64,000 nucleotides of DNA from positions 11,283 through 75,282 of the forward strand of contig PSMW01000007.1 in assembly GCA_040290295.1 (NCBI GenBank), in the 5' to 3' direction. The DNA comes from Ignavibacteria bacterium (lineage in GTDB: Bacteria > Bacteroidota > Ignavibacteria > UBA10030 > UBA6906). The stretch's first letter is position 1, and each line of letters starts with the position of its first letter. The notes under the pieces were generated by a model, which made no database searches, was not told the DNA's origin, and was given only the letters and a program-made list of their open reading frames with translations. The position numbers and the translations under genes are program-made. Positions 1 to 9,582 of the stretch are shown in pieces.

Positions 1-1
1 G

Positions 2-265
2 TTTATGCTGAGCATGGGGGAAGCTCGCCGCGTTGCGCTCGCGAGCATCATTCTGCACCGACCCGACGCGATCTTGTTGGACGAACCCACTGCCGGACTC
101 GACGCCTTCGGTATGAAGACCGTTACCATGCTGTTACAACGTTTGCGTACAGAGGGAAAAACCATTGCCCTCGTGTCGCACGATCGCGATCTGATCGATG
201 CAATTGCCGATCGTGTAGTTGTGCTGGATCAGGGTCGCGTGGCGAAGGAAGAGCATCTACGGTAA
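2..265 (+). CDS. ABC transporter ATP-binding protein, C-terminal fragment (ECF/CbiO-like); 5' end lies outside the window
   Basis: ORF 5..265 translation contains an ABC signature-like LSMGEARRVALA followed by the Walker B region ILLDEPTAGLD and an H-loop-like SHD. The reading frame is open to the window edge. Confidence 0.6.
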   Translation, partial: FMLSMGEARRVALASIILHRPDAILLDEPTAGLDAFGMKTVTMLLQRLRTEGKTIALVSHDRDLIDAIADRVVVLDQGRVAKEEHLR

Positions 266-1030
266 CGAGAGGGTCGAGGACGTGAGTGCTGCACCGACCA
301 GTTGAGCCACGACGACGACCAGAACGCTTCGATCTCGACTTGCCATCAGCAACGTTCTGTAGGGCGTTCTCGGTGCCGACGGATCGAACGCTCGCGCTTC
401 CATCGCTTGGGCAAGATGTTGCGAAGCGCGAAGCGCCGAAACGAACAACGGCAGTGCAGCAGAGGCGGCAAACCGGACTTTCCCGATCCATCCGCTGTCG
501 GCATCTGCGCCGCGCGCAAGCTGTGCCTGTTTGATCTGCTGTGCGCACTGAATGAGCAGAGGTACAACGTTCACCGTCAAACCCATCACCGTCACGACCT
601 GACTCCACCAGCGTTTGTTTCGCACGCGCAGGCTTTCGATTGCATCGAGGAGTTCAACTGTTCTGGTTGTTTGCGCAAAGAGAAACGATGCAAACAGCAG
701 CAGCACCAACCGGGCAGAAAGCACCAATCCTTCCTGAAGTCCTTCGAGTGTTCCGTACACCCCCAACACGTCGACGATGACCTTCCCGCTGGTCGTGAAT
801 GTGTTGAGACACGTGATGAAAAGGATGAACCACACGATCCGAACCGTTTGAACAAGAAGCGCTCGCACACTCACAGGTGACAAGACCAGAGCGAGAGCAA
901 GGACGAACGCTGCGGAGGCAACAGCAACAATGTTCGTGATAATCAAGAGTTGAAATCCAAGGAGCAAGAGTGCGACAAGTTTGGTGCGCGGATCCAACTG
1001 CTGAAGGAACGTGTCCGTTCGGGTATTCAT
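257..1030 (-). CDS. ECF transporter transmembrane (T) component, CbiQ/EcfT family
   Basis: 257-aa polytopic hydrophobic protein resembling CbiQ/EcfT; the C-terminal region contains ARGAD. It converges on the ABC ATPase fragment and overlaps it by about 9 bp. Confidence 0.5.
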   Translation of the reverse strand: MNTRTDTFLQQLDPRTKLVALLLLGFQLLIITNIVAVASAAFVLALALVLSPVSVRALLVQTVRIVWFILFITCLNTFTTSGKVIVDVLGVYGTLEGLQEGLVLSARLVLLLFASFLFAQTTRTVELLDAIESLRVRNKRWWSQVVTVMGLTVNVVPLLIQCAQQIKQAQLARGADADSGWIGKVRFAASAALPLFVSALRASQHLAQAMEARAFDPSAPRTPYRTLLMASRDRSVLVVVVAQLVGAALTSSTLSLP

Positions 1031-1198
1031 GGCAAAAGCGAGTATGCTGGATCAATGTATGAAAATTTTGCGAGAGTCAACGGCGTGAGTTTGTTGGCAG
1101 AAACATCCGTGGGTGATATTTAACACACGATGCCCGCGTGCGATTCAGTATCATGCACGTGCATCCTTTGCCTACCATGAGTTTCACTTTCACGGAGA

Positions 1199-1873
1199 AT
1201 GTTGTGCATGCATGGGTTTATCGAAGACAAGACTGCCGCGGTTGACCATCCCTATCGCAGAGCGAAGGTCGAACACTACACGGAACGAGCGGAAGAACTG
1301 GCGCGCATGGCGCGGTATCGAGCAGCTCGAACAACGTTGGCATCGGCCTTTGCCTTGGAACCTCAGTATCAGCCGGCAATCGAACTTCAGCGCTTTCTTG
1401 ACGAGACCGTCGCCGCTCTGCTCAGCAACGCCACTGCGTTGTCGTCTGTCGGTAACGGGTCGGGGCGTACAGCACGGCGAAAGGAAGTGATTCTGGTCGT
1501 CGACCAAGACGAGCGGATTCTGACGGCGATGGCGCAAACGTTGCGCGCGTACGGCTTCGGCGCAGTGGGTGCGTCGGGATTCGACGAGGCGATCGAAGCC
1601 CTGCAAGCATTCAAACCTCATCTCATTATTTCTGAAGTCAATTTCGAGAACGGACCGGTCGGGTACGACCTGTATCTGTGGGTACGGCACAACGAAGAGT
1701 TGAAGGACATTCCGTTTCTCTATCTTGCCACGCGGGTAACACGTGAGATGCTTATTGCAGGGAAGCGGATGGGAGTGGATGAATTCATCGTCAAGCCGTT
1801 GGACGAAGAAGTGGTGATGGCGTCCATCCTGCAATGTCTAGCTCGACAGAAGCGGAAGAAGAAAACGGCGTAA
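1199..1873 (+). CDS. Single-domain response regulator (REC) with an uncharacterised ~100-aa N-terminal extension
   Basis: C-terminal half has a CheY-like receiver signature (VILVVDQDE ... DEFIVKPLD). No output domain. The start codon is uncertain. Confidence 0.5.
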   Translation: MLCMHGFIEDKTAAVDHPYRRAKVEHYTERAEELARMARYRAARTTLASAFALEPQYQPAIELQRFLDETVAALLSNATALSSVGNGSGRTARRKEVILVVDQDERILTAMAQTLRAYGFGAVGASGFDEAIEALQAFKPHLIISEVNFENGPVGYDLYLWVRHNEELKDIPFLYLATRVTREMLIAGKRMGVDEFIVKPLDEEVVMASILQCLARQKRKKKTA

Positions 1874-1895
1874 AGATTTCATCTCACCAACAAGA

Positions 1896-1936
1896 GAAGC
1901 CGGAAGCGCGATGCGCTCTTCGGCTTTATTGCTTTT
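1896..1936 (+). terminator. Putative intrinsic terminator after the response regulator gene
   Basis: GC-rich imperfect hairpin (AAGCCGGAAGCGC ... GCGCTCTTCGGCTT) followed by a TTATTGCTTTT T-tract. Confidence 0.35.
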
Positions 1937-1963
1937 CCCTGCCCCTCTTCGTACCTTTTTCGT

Positions 1964-2608
1964 GTGAAGAACCTTATCGTTAACGAGATTTTCTACAGCA
2001 TTCAGGGCGAGTCCACGCACATGGGCAAGCCCTGTGTGTTTGTGCGCCTGACCTTTTGCAACCTCCGATGTGTGTGGTGCGATACCGCGTATGCATTCGA
2101 GGAGGGCGTGCCGATGTCGATCGAGCAGATACTCGATGCAGTAGCGGTCTATCACTGCAAGCTCGTTGAAATTACGGGCGGCGAGCCGTTGGCGCAAATG
2201 GGCGTCCACGAACTGATGAGCACACTCTGCGACCGCGGATACACGGTGCTCCTGGAAACGAGCGGCAGCATCAGCATTCGCGGGATCGATCAGCGCGTGC
2301 AGATCATCATGGATATCAAATGCCCGGGCAGCGATATGGCGAAGCACAACCTGTGGGAAAACATCGACCTGCTGAGACCGTCGGATGAATTGAAATTCGT
2401 GGTCGCCGACAAAAACGATTTCGATTGGGCGGTAACCGTCGTGCGACAGTTTGGATTGGAAGGACGATGCCCCGTGTTGTTTTCACCCGTGTTCGGCGAG
2501 CTCCAGCCCGTCCGCTTGGCGGAGTGGCTGTTGGAAAGCGGCATCGCCGCACGGATGCAACTGCAAATACACAAGTACATTTGGGAGCCGGAGACACGCG
2601 GCGTATGA
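1964..2608 (+). CDS. queE: 7-carboxy-7-deazaguanine synthase (radical SAM), queuosine biosynthesis
   Basis: N-terminal FYSIQGES and the CxxxCxxC-type cluster motif [10 protein letters not shown], typical of QueE. Length 214 aa. Confidence 0.85.
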   Translation: MKNLIVNEIFYSIQGESTHMGKPCVFVRLTFCNLRCVWCDTAYAFEEGVPMSIEQILDAVAVYHCKLVEITGGEPLAQMGVHELMSTLCDRGYTVLLETSGSISIRGIDQRVQIIMDIKCPGSDMAKHNLWENIDLLRPSDELKFVVADKNDFDWAVTVVRQFGLEGRCPVLFSPVFGELQPVRLAEWLLESGIAARMQLQIHKYIWEPETRGV

Positions 2609-3294
2609 AAGAGAAGAGATTGGCGGTGGTGCTGGCAAGCGGCGGTATGGATAGTTGTGTCACGACGGCCATCGCTGCGGAAGAGTATCGTTTGGCGTTG
2701 ATGCACTGCAACTACGGCCAGCGAACGGAGAGACGGGAGCTGGAAGCATTTCATGCTATCGCCGATCATTACCGCGCCGAGCATCGGCTGGTGGTGCCGA
2801 TGGAACACTTCGCGAGAATCGGCGGTTCAAGTCTTACCGATCCTTCTCTTCCGGTTGCAAAGGCCGATCTCCACGCCAAAGAAATTCCAACGTCGTACGT
2901 TCCTTTTCGTAATGCCAACATGCTTTCGGCAGCGGTGAGTTGGGCAGAGGTGCTTGGTGCCACGGCGATTTTCGTGGGCGCCGTGCAGGAAGACTCGTCT
3001 GGCTATCCGGATTGCCGTCGAGAATTCTACGATGCATTCGAAAAGGTTATTGTCGTCGGCACGAAACCGACAACGACCATCGTCGTGCTGACGCCTATCA
3101 TTTCCATGACGAAAATGGAGATTGTGCTGCGCGGCGTAGCGCTGGGCGCTCCGCTGCACTTGACTTGGTCGTGCTATCAGCGCGAAGACGTTGCCTGTGG
3201 GGTGTGCGATAGTTGCGCGTTGCGCCTTCGCGGCTTCCGTCTGGCGGAGGTGGAAGATCCTCTTCCGTATGGGCAACGTCCGGTCTATGTGTGA
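2607..3294 (+). CDS. queC: 7-cyano-7-deazaguanine synthase
   Basis: The ATG at 2607 overlaps the queE stop (ATGA). The product has the PP-loop SGGMDS and the C-terminal zinc motif CGVCDSC, typical of QueC. Confidence 0.85.
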
Positions 3295-3357
3295 ACAGCT
3301 CGCGGGGGAGAGCGAAGCACGTATCTCTCTACACTTCTGAAAGAACGAGGAACCGTT

Positions 3358-4881
3358 ATGGAACAGTTCAAAGAAAGCATCTACAAACTGATTGTCGAAA
3401 CCTCCAGTAATTTACCGCACGACGTTCGGCGCGCGCTTACACGAGCGATGGAGGAAGAGAATCCCAATACGCAGTCAGGGTTGGCGTTGCAAACCATCGC
3501 CGTCAACGTCGATATGGCGTGCGAGATGGAAGCACCGATTTGTCAAGACACCGGCATGCCGACGTTTTTCATCCATTGCCCTGTCGGGGCAAATCAGATC
3601 ACGATGAAAAAACAGATTCTCGAAGCGGTCGCGGAAGCTACCGTTAAAGGCAAGCTGCGTCCGAACTCCGTCGATTCGCTCACCGGGAAGAACAGCGGCA
3701 ACAATCTGGGACCCGGCACGCCGATCATTCACTTCGAGCAATGGGAGAACGACGAGATCGATGTGCGGTTGATTCTGAAGGGAGGTGGATGCGAGAACAA
3801 AAACATCCAGTACTCGTTACCGGCAGAGTTGGAGAACCTCGGTCGAGCGGATCGGAATCTTGAAGGAGTGCGAAAGGCGATCATGCACGCGGTGTATCAA
3901 GCGCAGGGGCAAGGCTGCAGCGTCGGTGCGATCGGCGTGGCCATCGGCGGCGATCGGACGTCGGGTTATGAGATGGCGAAGCAGCAACTCTTTCGTTCGC
4001 TCGACGACGTCAATCCGGATCCCGAACTTGCGAAGCTCGAAGCACGCATCATGGAAGATGCGAACAAACTCGGCATCGGCACGATGGGATTCGGCGGGCG
4101 CGTCACGCTCATCGGCTGCAAGATCGGCGCGTACAATCGCTTGCCCGCGAGTTTCTTTGTCAGCGTTGCGTATGATTGCTGGGCGTTTCGTCGGCTCGGC
4201 GTTGTGCTCGATGCGCGCACGGGAGCAATCACCCGCTGGCTCTACAAAGGTGATACGCCTGCGGTGAAGATGGCAAAGCGCGAAGGATTGCCCGTGACGG
4301 GACGTGAGGTTTCGCTCACCACACCGCTGTCCGAAGCACAGATTCGGCAACTCACAGTGGGTGATGTCGTCTTGCTCAACGGCTTGGTACACATGGGCAG
4401 AGACATGCTTCATCACCACTTGATGACACACGACGCGCCGGTCGATCTCAACGGCGCGGCACTCTATCACTGCGGACCTGTTGCGCTGAAGTCGAACGGT
4501 ACATGGGTGATCACCGCTGCAGGACCTACCACAAGCATCCGTGAGGAACCGTATCAAGCCGATATCATCAAGAAGTTCGGCATTCGGGTCGTGATGGGTA
4601 AAGGGGGTATGGGCAAGAAGACCCTCGCGGCGCTGAAAGAACACGGCGCCGTGTACCTCAACGCTATCGGCGGAGCGGCGCAATTCTACGCAAAGTGCAT
4701 TACCGACGTGACCGGCGTTGATTTCCTCGAAGAGTTCGGCGTGCCCGAGGCAATGTGGCATGTCGTGGTTAAGGACTTCCCCGCCATCGTAACGATGGAT
4801 GCAAACGGAAACAGCCTCCACGCTGAAGTCGAAACATCAAGTGCCGAACAACTGAAAAGGTTTGCAACAACGCCGTCATAA
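3358..4881 (+). CDS. Class I fumarate hydratase (Fe-S hydro-lyase, fused alpha/beta subunits)
   Basis: 507-aa product with class I fumarase/tartrate dehydratase architecture (CQDTGMP cysteine motif; C-terminal beta-subunit-like region). Preceded by a GAGG-like RBS. Confidence 0.8.
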   Translation: MEQFKESIYKLIVETSSNLPHDVRRALTRAMEEENPNTQSGLALQTIAVNVDMACEMEAPICQDTGMPTFFIHCPVGANQITMKKQILEAVAEATVKGKLRPNSVDSLTGKNSGNNLGPGTPIIHFEQWENDEIDVRLILKGGGCENKNIQYSLPAELENLGRADRNLEGVRKAIMHAVYQAQGQGCSVGAIGVAIGGDRTSGYEMAKQQLFRSLDDVNPDPELAKLEARIMEDANKLGIGTMGFGGRVTLIGCKIGAYNRLPASFFVSVAYDCWAFRRLGVVLDARTGAITRWLYKGDTPAVKMAKREGLPVTGREVSLTTPLSEAQIRQLTVGDVVLLNGLVHMGRDMLHHHLMTHDAPVDLNGAALYHCGPVALKSNGTWVITAAGPTTSIREEPYQADIIKKFGIRVVMGKGGMGKKTLAALKEHGAVYLNAIGGAAQFYAKCITDVTGVDFLEEFGVPEAMWHVVVKDFPAIVTMDANGNSLHAEVETSSAEQLKRFATTPS

Positions 4882-4913
4882 ACTCCATCCCCCATACACC
4901 ACAGGAGACATCT

Positions 4914-5411
4914 ATGCTCAGCAAGAACATCCTCAACGCATTCAACACACAAATCAAAGACGAGCTCGAATCCGCGTACCTGTATCTGTCCATGTCGTCG
5001 TATTGCAATGCAGAGAGCTTCTTCGGTTTCGCGAAATGGTTACGCTTGCAGGCACAGGAAGAGTTGGGCCACGGTATGCGCTTGTTCGATTACGTGCATC
5101 ATCGGGGCGCACAGGTGTCCTTGCAAGCGATCGAAGAACCGAAAGCCCGCTTCACGGATCTTTTGGAATTGTTCAGGATCGTGTTGGAGCACGAGCAGAA
5201 GGTCACCTCGCGCATTCATAAGCTCTACGAATTGACGCTGCAAGAAAACGATTACGCGAGTCAAGTTGAACTGCAATGGTTCATCACCGAGCAGGTCGAA
5301 GAGGAACAAACAGCAGCAGCCATCGTGGAGCAGTTGCGTAAAGTGGGCGACAACAAGGCGGCGTTGTTGATGATGGATCGAGAGATGGCTGCACGTTCTG
5401 CTGCGGCGTAG
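4914..5411 (+). CDS. ftn: Non-haem ferritin
   Basis: 165 aa. Ferritin-like four-helix ferroxidase residues are present (ELESAYLYLSMS ... QEELGHG ... EHEQ). Confidence 0.85.
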   Translation: MLSKNILNAFNTQIKDELESAYLYLSMSSYCNAESFFGFAKWLRLQAQEELGHGMRLFDYVHHRGAQVSLQAIEEPKARFTDLLELFRIVLEHEQKVTSRIHKLYELTLQENDYASQVELQWFITEQVEEEQTAAAIVEQLRKVGDNKAALLMMDREMAARSAAA

Positions 5412-5422
5412 GTTGATCATCG

Positions 5423-5459
5423 GCGCACAGAGCGAGAACGCTCCGTGCGTTTTTTCTTC
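5423..5459 (+). terminator. Intrinsic terminator 1 after ftn
   Basis: Hairpin GCGCACAGAGCG / CGCTCCGTGCG followed by TTTTTTCTTC. Confidence 0.5.
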
Positions 5460-5497
5460 GGGATCAGAGGGAAGGCTGCTGATCCCGTTTTTGTTTG
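5460..5497 (+). terminator. Intrinsic terminator 2 (tandem with terminator 1)
   Basis: Perfect 8-bp stem GGGATCAG ... CTGATCCC followed by TTTTTGTTTG. Confidence 0.5.
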
Positions 5498-5996
5498 TGA
5501 CGTCAACCTTGATCGGCCCGAACACTCCCTGTCCATCTCCACGCTCGCTTCTACGGTGTGGCTCTCGATTGTTTTGCGATTACTTTCCACGCACTGACCG
5601 ATGGCGTTCCGTACTTTCGTTGCGTTGTGTGTTACGAAGCGCGGGGAACGGATCGTTGTCTTCGAGTCGAGACTGTCTCCATTTGAACATGAATCATTTT
5701 CTCTCGGCGGCTTCTCCCCCGTTTCTCTTCGTCAACAGCTCCATTGAACGATTCCATGTAGGTTGGGACAAAGCGATTGCGCTCCTGCGCGCACACGGCA
5801 TTTCAGCCGAAGTCCGCACGATCAACGGCATACCACATCCCGTTTCGTTATTTCATCCGTGGCTCAACGCGACGGCGCGGTATGTCACCCGCGTTCTGAA
5901 ACGCCCGTTGTAACTGCTGACGCATTTTCCTATTATTCTCCCGCCTGCAGTCATCCAGTCACTCGATTTGAATTACATCGACGCCATCAACGCTTC

Positions 5997-7093
5997 ATGG
6001 GATTGACGTGTGGTATCGTCGGCTTGCCGAACGTCGGCAAATCGACACTCTTCAATGCCCTCACTACCGCGGGAGCTGAGGCAGCGAACTATCCATTCTG
6101 CACCATCGATCCAAGCGTCGGGGTCGTAGCGGTGCCCGATCATCGGCTGGATGTGCTTGCGCAGATCTATCGTCCGGCGAACGTTGTTCCGACCACGATT
6201 GAGATTGTGGATATCGCAGGATTGGTGCGCGGTGCAAGCAAAGGAGAAGGATTGGGCAATCAGTTTCTGGCGCATATACGAGAAGTGGACGCCATCGTTC
6301 ACGTCGTCCGCTGCTTTGACGACCCGTATGTTGTGCATGTCGATGGCTCGGTCGATCCTCAACGCGATATGGAAGTGGTGGAAACAGAGTTGATCCTCAA
6401 GGATTTGGAGACCGTCGAGCGCAAGAAGACGGAAGCGGAGCGGAAAGCAAAGAGCGGAGACAAGAAGGCGACGCTCGAAGCGTCGTTCTACGAAGCAGTC
6501 CGCACGCATCTGCTCGGCGGCAGGCTTGTCCGCTCTTTGGCTGTGGCGACAGACGAATAACGCCGTTGGTTACGCGATCTCCACCTGCTGATATACAAAC
6601 CGGTGATGTACGTGTGCAACGTGCAGGAGTCAGATCTGAAAGGGGAGAACGAGTATGTACATTCTGTTCGCGCCGTAGCCGAGCGTGAAGGAGCAAACGT
6701 GGTGGTCGTCAGTGCCGCGATTGAAGCGGAAGTGGTGGAACTGCCATTGGAAGACCGCGCCGCCGTTCTCTCGGATTTGGGAATGAAGGAGTCGGGCTTG
6801 AACAACGTGTGGTACGTGCAGGATACGATCTGTTGCAGTTGCTCACATTCTTCACGGCTGGATCAAAGGAAGCACGTGCGTGGACGGTGCCGAAACGGAC
6901 GCGGGCACCTGCCGCCGGCGTAATCCATTCGGACTTCGAGAGAGGATTCATTCGTGCCGAAGTCATGAGTTTCGAGGATTTGGCTCGTTACGGCTCGGAA
7001 CAAGCGATGAAAGACCACGGCTTGCTGCGCATCGAAGGGAAGGAGTACCTCATGCGGGATGGCGATGGTGTTTCCTTCCGTTTCAATGTTTGA
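5997..7093 (+). pseudogene. ychF: Ribosome-binding ATPase YchF (Obg-family GTPase), disrupted by an in-frame TAA (6558-6560) and a frameshift near 6790
   Basis: Three collinear ORF segments (5997..6560, 6561..about 6790, about 6792..7093) together match full-length YchF: G domain [18 protein letters not shown]; middle RRWLRDLHLLIYKPVMYVCNV; TGS domain [17 protein letters not shown] ... GFIRAEV ... [11 protein letters not shown]. The TAA is in frame between conserved blocks. The third segment is in a different frame. Confidence 0.7.
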
Positions 7094-7215
7094 TTCTTTC
7101 TTGAAAGGATTGTATTTTTACGGCGTCACGTTCGACCCTACTTCGGAACACCCGATGCACCTTCGTTCTACATTAATCTAATCCACATCCCCAATCACAC
7201 ATCAGGAGCAACATT

Positions 7216-9537
7216 ATGAAGCATCGAACTCTACCACTTGTACGAGTCGGAGCGGTGATGGTGCTTGTGCTCGTCGTATTCTCTGCTTTCGCGCAAACGA
7301 CAGGGACAATTGAGGGCAAGGTGACTGACAAGCGGACGGGCGATCCTCTCCCGTATGTCAACATCGTGGTGAAGGGTACGACCATCGGCGCTGCGACGAA
7401 CGTTGACGGACGGTACGAGATAAAGAATCTTGCACCCGGTACATACACGTTGGTTGCCCGTTTAGTGGGACACGAGACGCAGGAGGTGCCGAACGTCGTC
7501 GTTGATGCTGGCAAGATGACCGTCCAGAACATTGTCCTGGCGGAGGCGTCTGTCCAGATTTCGGAAATGACGGTGTACGGAGCGTCGCGTCGCGCTGAGC
7601 GCATTACCGAAGCACCAGCGGCAATCAGCACGCTCGCACCGAAGGAGATTCAACTCTACTCTGCAACCGGACAACTGCCACGCCTGCTGGAAATGCAACC
7701 GGGTGTCGATATCGTGCAGAGTGGTGTGAACGACTTCAACATCAACACGCGCGGTTTCAATAGCTCGCTCAACCGCCGATTGTTGGTCTTGTTAGATGGT
7801 CGAGACTTGGCGATCGCTTTTCTGGGTTCCCAAGAATGGAATGGGTTTCCGATCCCACTCGAAGATATTGGGCGTCTGGAACTTGTGCGTGGTCCGGGTT
7901 CGGCTCTCTACGGACCGAATGCGTTCAACGGCGTCATCAACATTACTACACCAGCCCCGAAGGACATACAGGGGACAAAACTCACCTACTGTGTTGGTGA
8001 ATTGGCGTTGCAGCGCGCCGATGTTCGCTACGCGGGGGTTCTCGATGAACACTTCAGCATCAAAGCCAACGCCGGGCGCGTACAGAGCGGTACGTGGACC
8101 CGCTCGCGCGCGCATGCCGGCCCGTACGAGTATCCCGGGCTGTCCCGTGAGGCCCGTGCCTTGAATACGGGTGATGTCACCTCGATGTATTTCAACGGCC
8201 GTGTCGATTACGAGTTTGCCGAGAACATCCTCACAGCCGAAGGCGGTTTTTCCGAGGTGCAAAATGAAGTCTACATCACCGGTATCGGTCGTGTGCAAGT
8301 TACCAAAGCGCACAAGCCATGGGGTCGCATCAACTTCATCAATCCCAATTTGAACGTGATGTTCTGGGCTCAAGGACGGAAGAGTGTCGAACCCCAATAC
8401 TCGCTTGCTTCCGGTGCGCCGCTGGATGAACGCTCGGGGATCGTGCATGGCGAAGTGCAATACAACTTTTCGACACTGGAAGATCAAGTGCGGGTGGTGT
8501 TGGGCGCATCGCATCGCTACTACCACGTCAACACGCGCGGGACGTTGATGAAGGATGTGCAGGACGATAACACCAGCGGCATCTTCGGGCAAGTGGAGTA
8601 CACCCCCTTCGAGTGGATCAAGCTTGTCGGCGCAGCCCGATGGGATCGCAGCACGCTGCACGCGGATCAGTGGTCGCCGAAAGGCGCCATCGTCTGGACT
8701 CCTCATGCCGATCATACGTTGCGCGTTACCTTCAACGAGGCGTTCCAAGTTCCCAACTACTCGGAGTTCTTCCTCCGTGTTGCGGCGGGAACGGTTCCAC
8801 CCACTCTGTACACTGATCCTCGCAATCCCGGGCAGCCTGTCCCGATCCTCGCTCGGGGTAACGACAAGCTGACGGTCGAGAAGATCGAAGGCTATGAAGT
8901 TGGCTACAAAGGTATCTTCTTCGACAAAAAATTGTTCGTCACCGTTGACGGCTACTTCAACAGGGTGAAGAACTTCGTCACCGATTTGCTGCAAGGCGTC
9001 AACCCGCAGTATCCCTATAATCCGCCGGCGGGATTGGCAGAAGTCTTGCGCCGCACCTTGCCGGGCTTGACGATTGTCGATGGCAAGCCTGCAGTTGTGG
9101 TTTCCTATACCAACGCCGGCAAAGTGGACGAAACCGGTGTCGAAGTAGGCTTCAACTATTACATCAACGATGAAGTGTCGATCAACGGCAACTGGACGTG
9201 GTACGACTTCAAGGTGAAAGAACAGCAGTTGGGTGATGTGCTGTTGCCCAACGCGCCGAAGCATAAGTTCGCCGGAGGCATCTTGTGGACTCGTCCGGAC
9301 GGCATCGATCTCTCCCTCAGCGCACGGAACGTTCAGCCGTATCCGTGGGCTGCAGGCGTGTTTGCCGGACCGATTCGTGCGTACACGCTTGTGAACGGTT
9401 CGGTGTCCTATCGTCTCTCGAAGAATTATCGTGTGGGCATCACGGTCACCAACATGTTCGACAATCGTGTGTATCAACTCTTCGGTGGATCGGTGATCGG
9501 CCGTCAAGCGATCGCGTCTGTGACGGCGACGTTCTGA
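7216..9537 (+). CDS. TonB-dependent outer-membrane receptor with an N-terminal carboxypeptidase-regulatory-like domain
   Basis: Signal peptide, a CarbopepD_reg-like stretch (GKVTDKRTGDPLPYVNIVVKGT), a plug domain, a long beta-barrel and a C-terminal aromatic residue (…TATF). Preceded by an AGGAG RBS. Confidence 0.8.
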   Translation: MKHRTLPLVRVGAVMVLVLVVFSAFAQTTGTIEGKVTDKRTGDPLPYVNIVVKGTTIGAATNVDGRYEIKNLAPGTYTLVARLVGHETQEVPNVVVDAGKMTVQNIVLAEASVQISEMTVYGASRRAERITEAPAAISTLAPKEIQLYSATGQLPRLLEMQPGVDIVQSGVNDFNINTRGFNSSLNRRLLVLLDGRDLAIAFLGSQEWNGFPIPLEDIGRLELVRGPGSALYGPNAFNGVINITTPAPKDIQGTKLTYCVGELALQRADVRYAGVLDEHFSIKANAGRVQSGTWTRSRAHAGPYEYPGLSREARALNTGDVTSMYFNGRVDYEFAENILTAEGGFSEVQNEVYITGIGRVQVTKAHKPWGRINFINPNLNVMFWAQGRKSVEPQYSLASGAPLDERSGIVHGEVQYNFSTLEDQVRVVLGASHRYYHVNTRGTLMKDVQDDNTSGIFGQVEYTPFEWIKLVGAARWDRSTLHADQWSPKGAIVWTPHADHTLRVTFNEAFQVPNYSEFFLRVAAGTVPPTLYTDPRNPGQPVPILARGNDKLTVEKIEGYEVGYKGIFFDKKLFVTVDGYFNRVKNFVTDLLQGVNPQYPYNPPAGLAEVLRRTLPGLTIVDGKPAVVVSYTNAGKVDETGVEVGFNYYINDEVSINGNWTWYDFKVKEQQLGDVLLPNAPKHKFAGGILWTRPDGIDLSLSARNVQPYPWAAGVFAGPIRAYTLVNGSVSYRLSKNYRVGITVTNMFDNRVYQLFGGSVIGRQAIASVTATF

Positions 9538-9582
9538 TTCGAACGATGTTCACTTCATCAATTTTTTAGAAAGGGTTACACC

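Noticed and set aside
5413-5913. 166-aa ORF filling the ftn-ychF gap.
   Set aside because: Most of it has non-protein-like composition and it begins inside the ftn terminators. Only the last about 55 aa look protein-like, and those are reported as a low-confidence finding instead.
6558-6560. In-frame TAA in ychF as evidence of stop-codon reassignment or an alternative genetic code.
   Set aside because: TAA and TGA function as ordinary terminators for many well-aligned genes in the window (for example the fumarase gene ends in TAA). A nonsense mutation or sequencing error is far more likely.
7792-9507. Long antisense ORF (571 aa) inside the TonB-dependent receptor gene. Similar long antisense or overlapping ORFs occur at 9778..10827, 12526..13722, 23079..24083, 24176..25144, 25697..26863, 27226..28143, 28089..28910, 28432..29517, 42648..43751, 45394..46713 and 52563..53495.
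   Set aside because: All lie opposite genes with clear motif-level identity (TonB receptor, sdhA, moxR, batA/B, typA, glgP, dctM). They have Arg/Ser/Cys-rich, non-protein-like composition typical of antisense frames in high-GC DNA.
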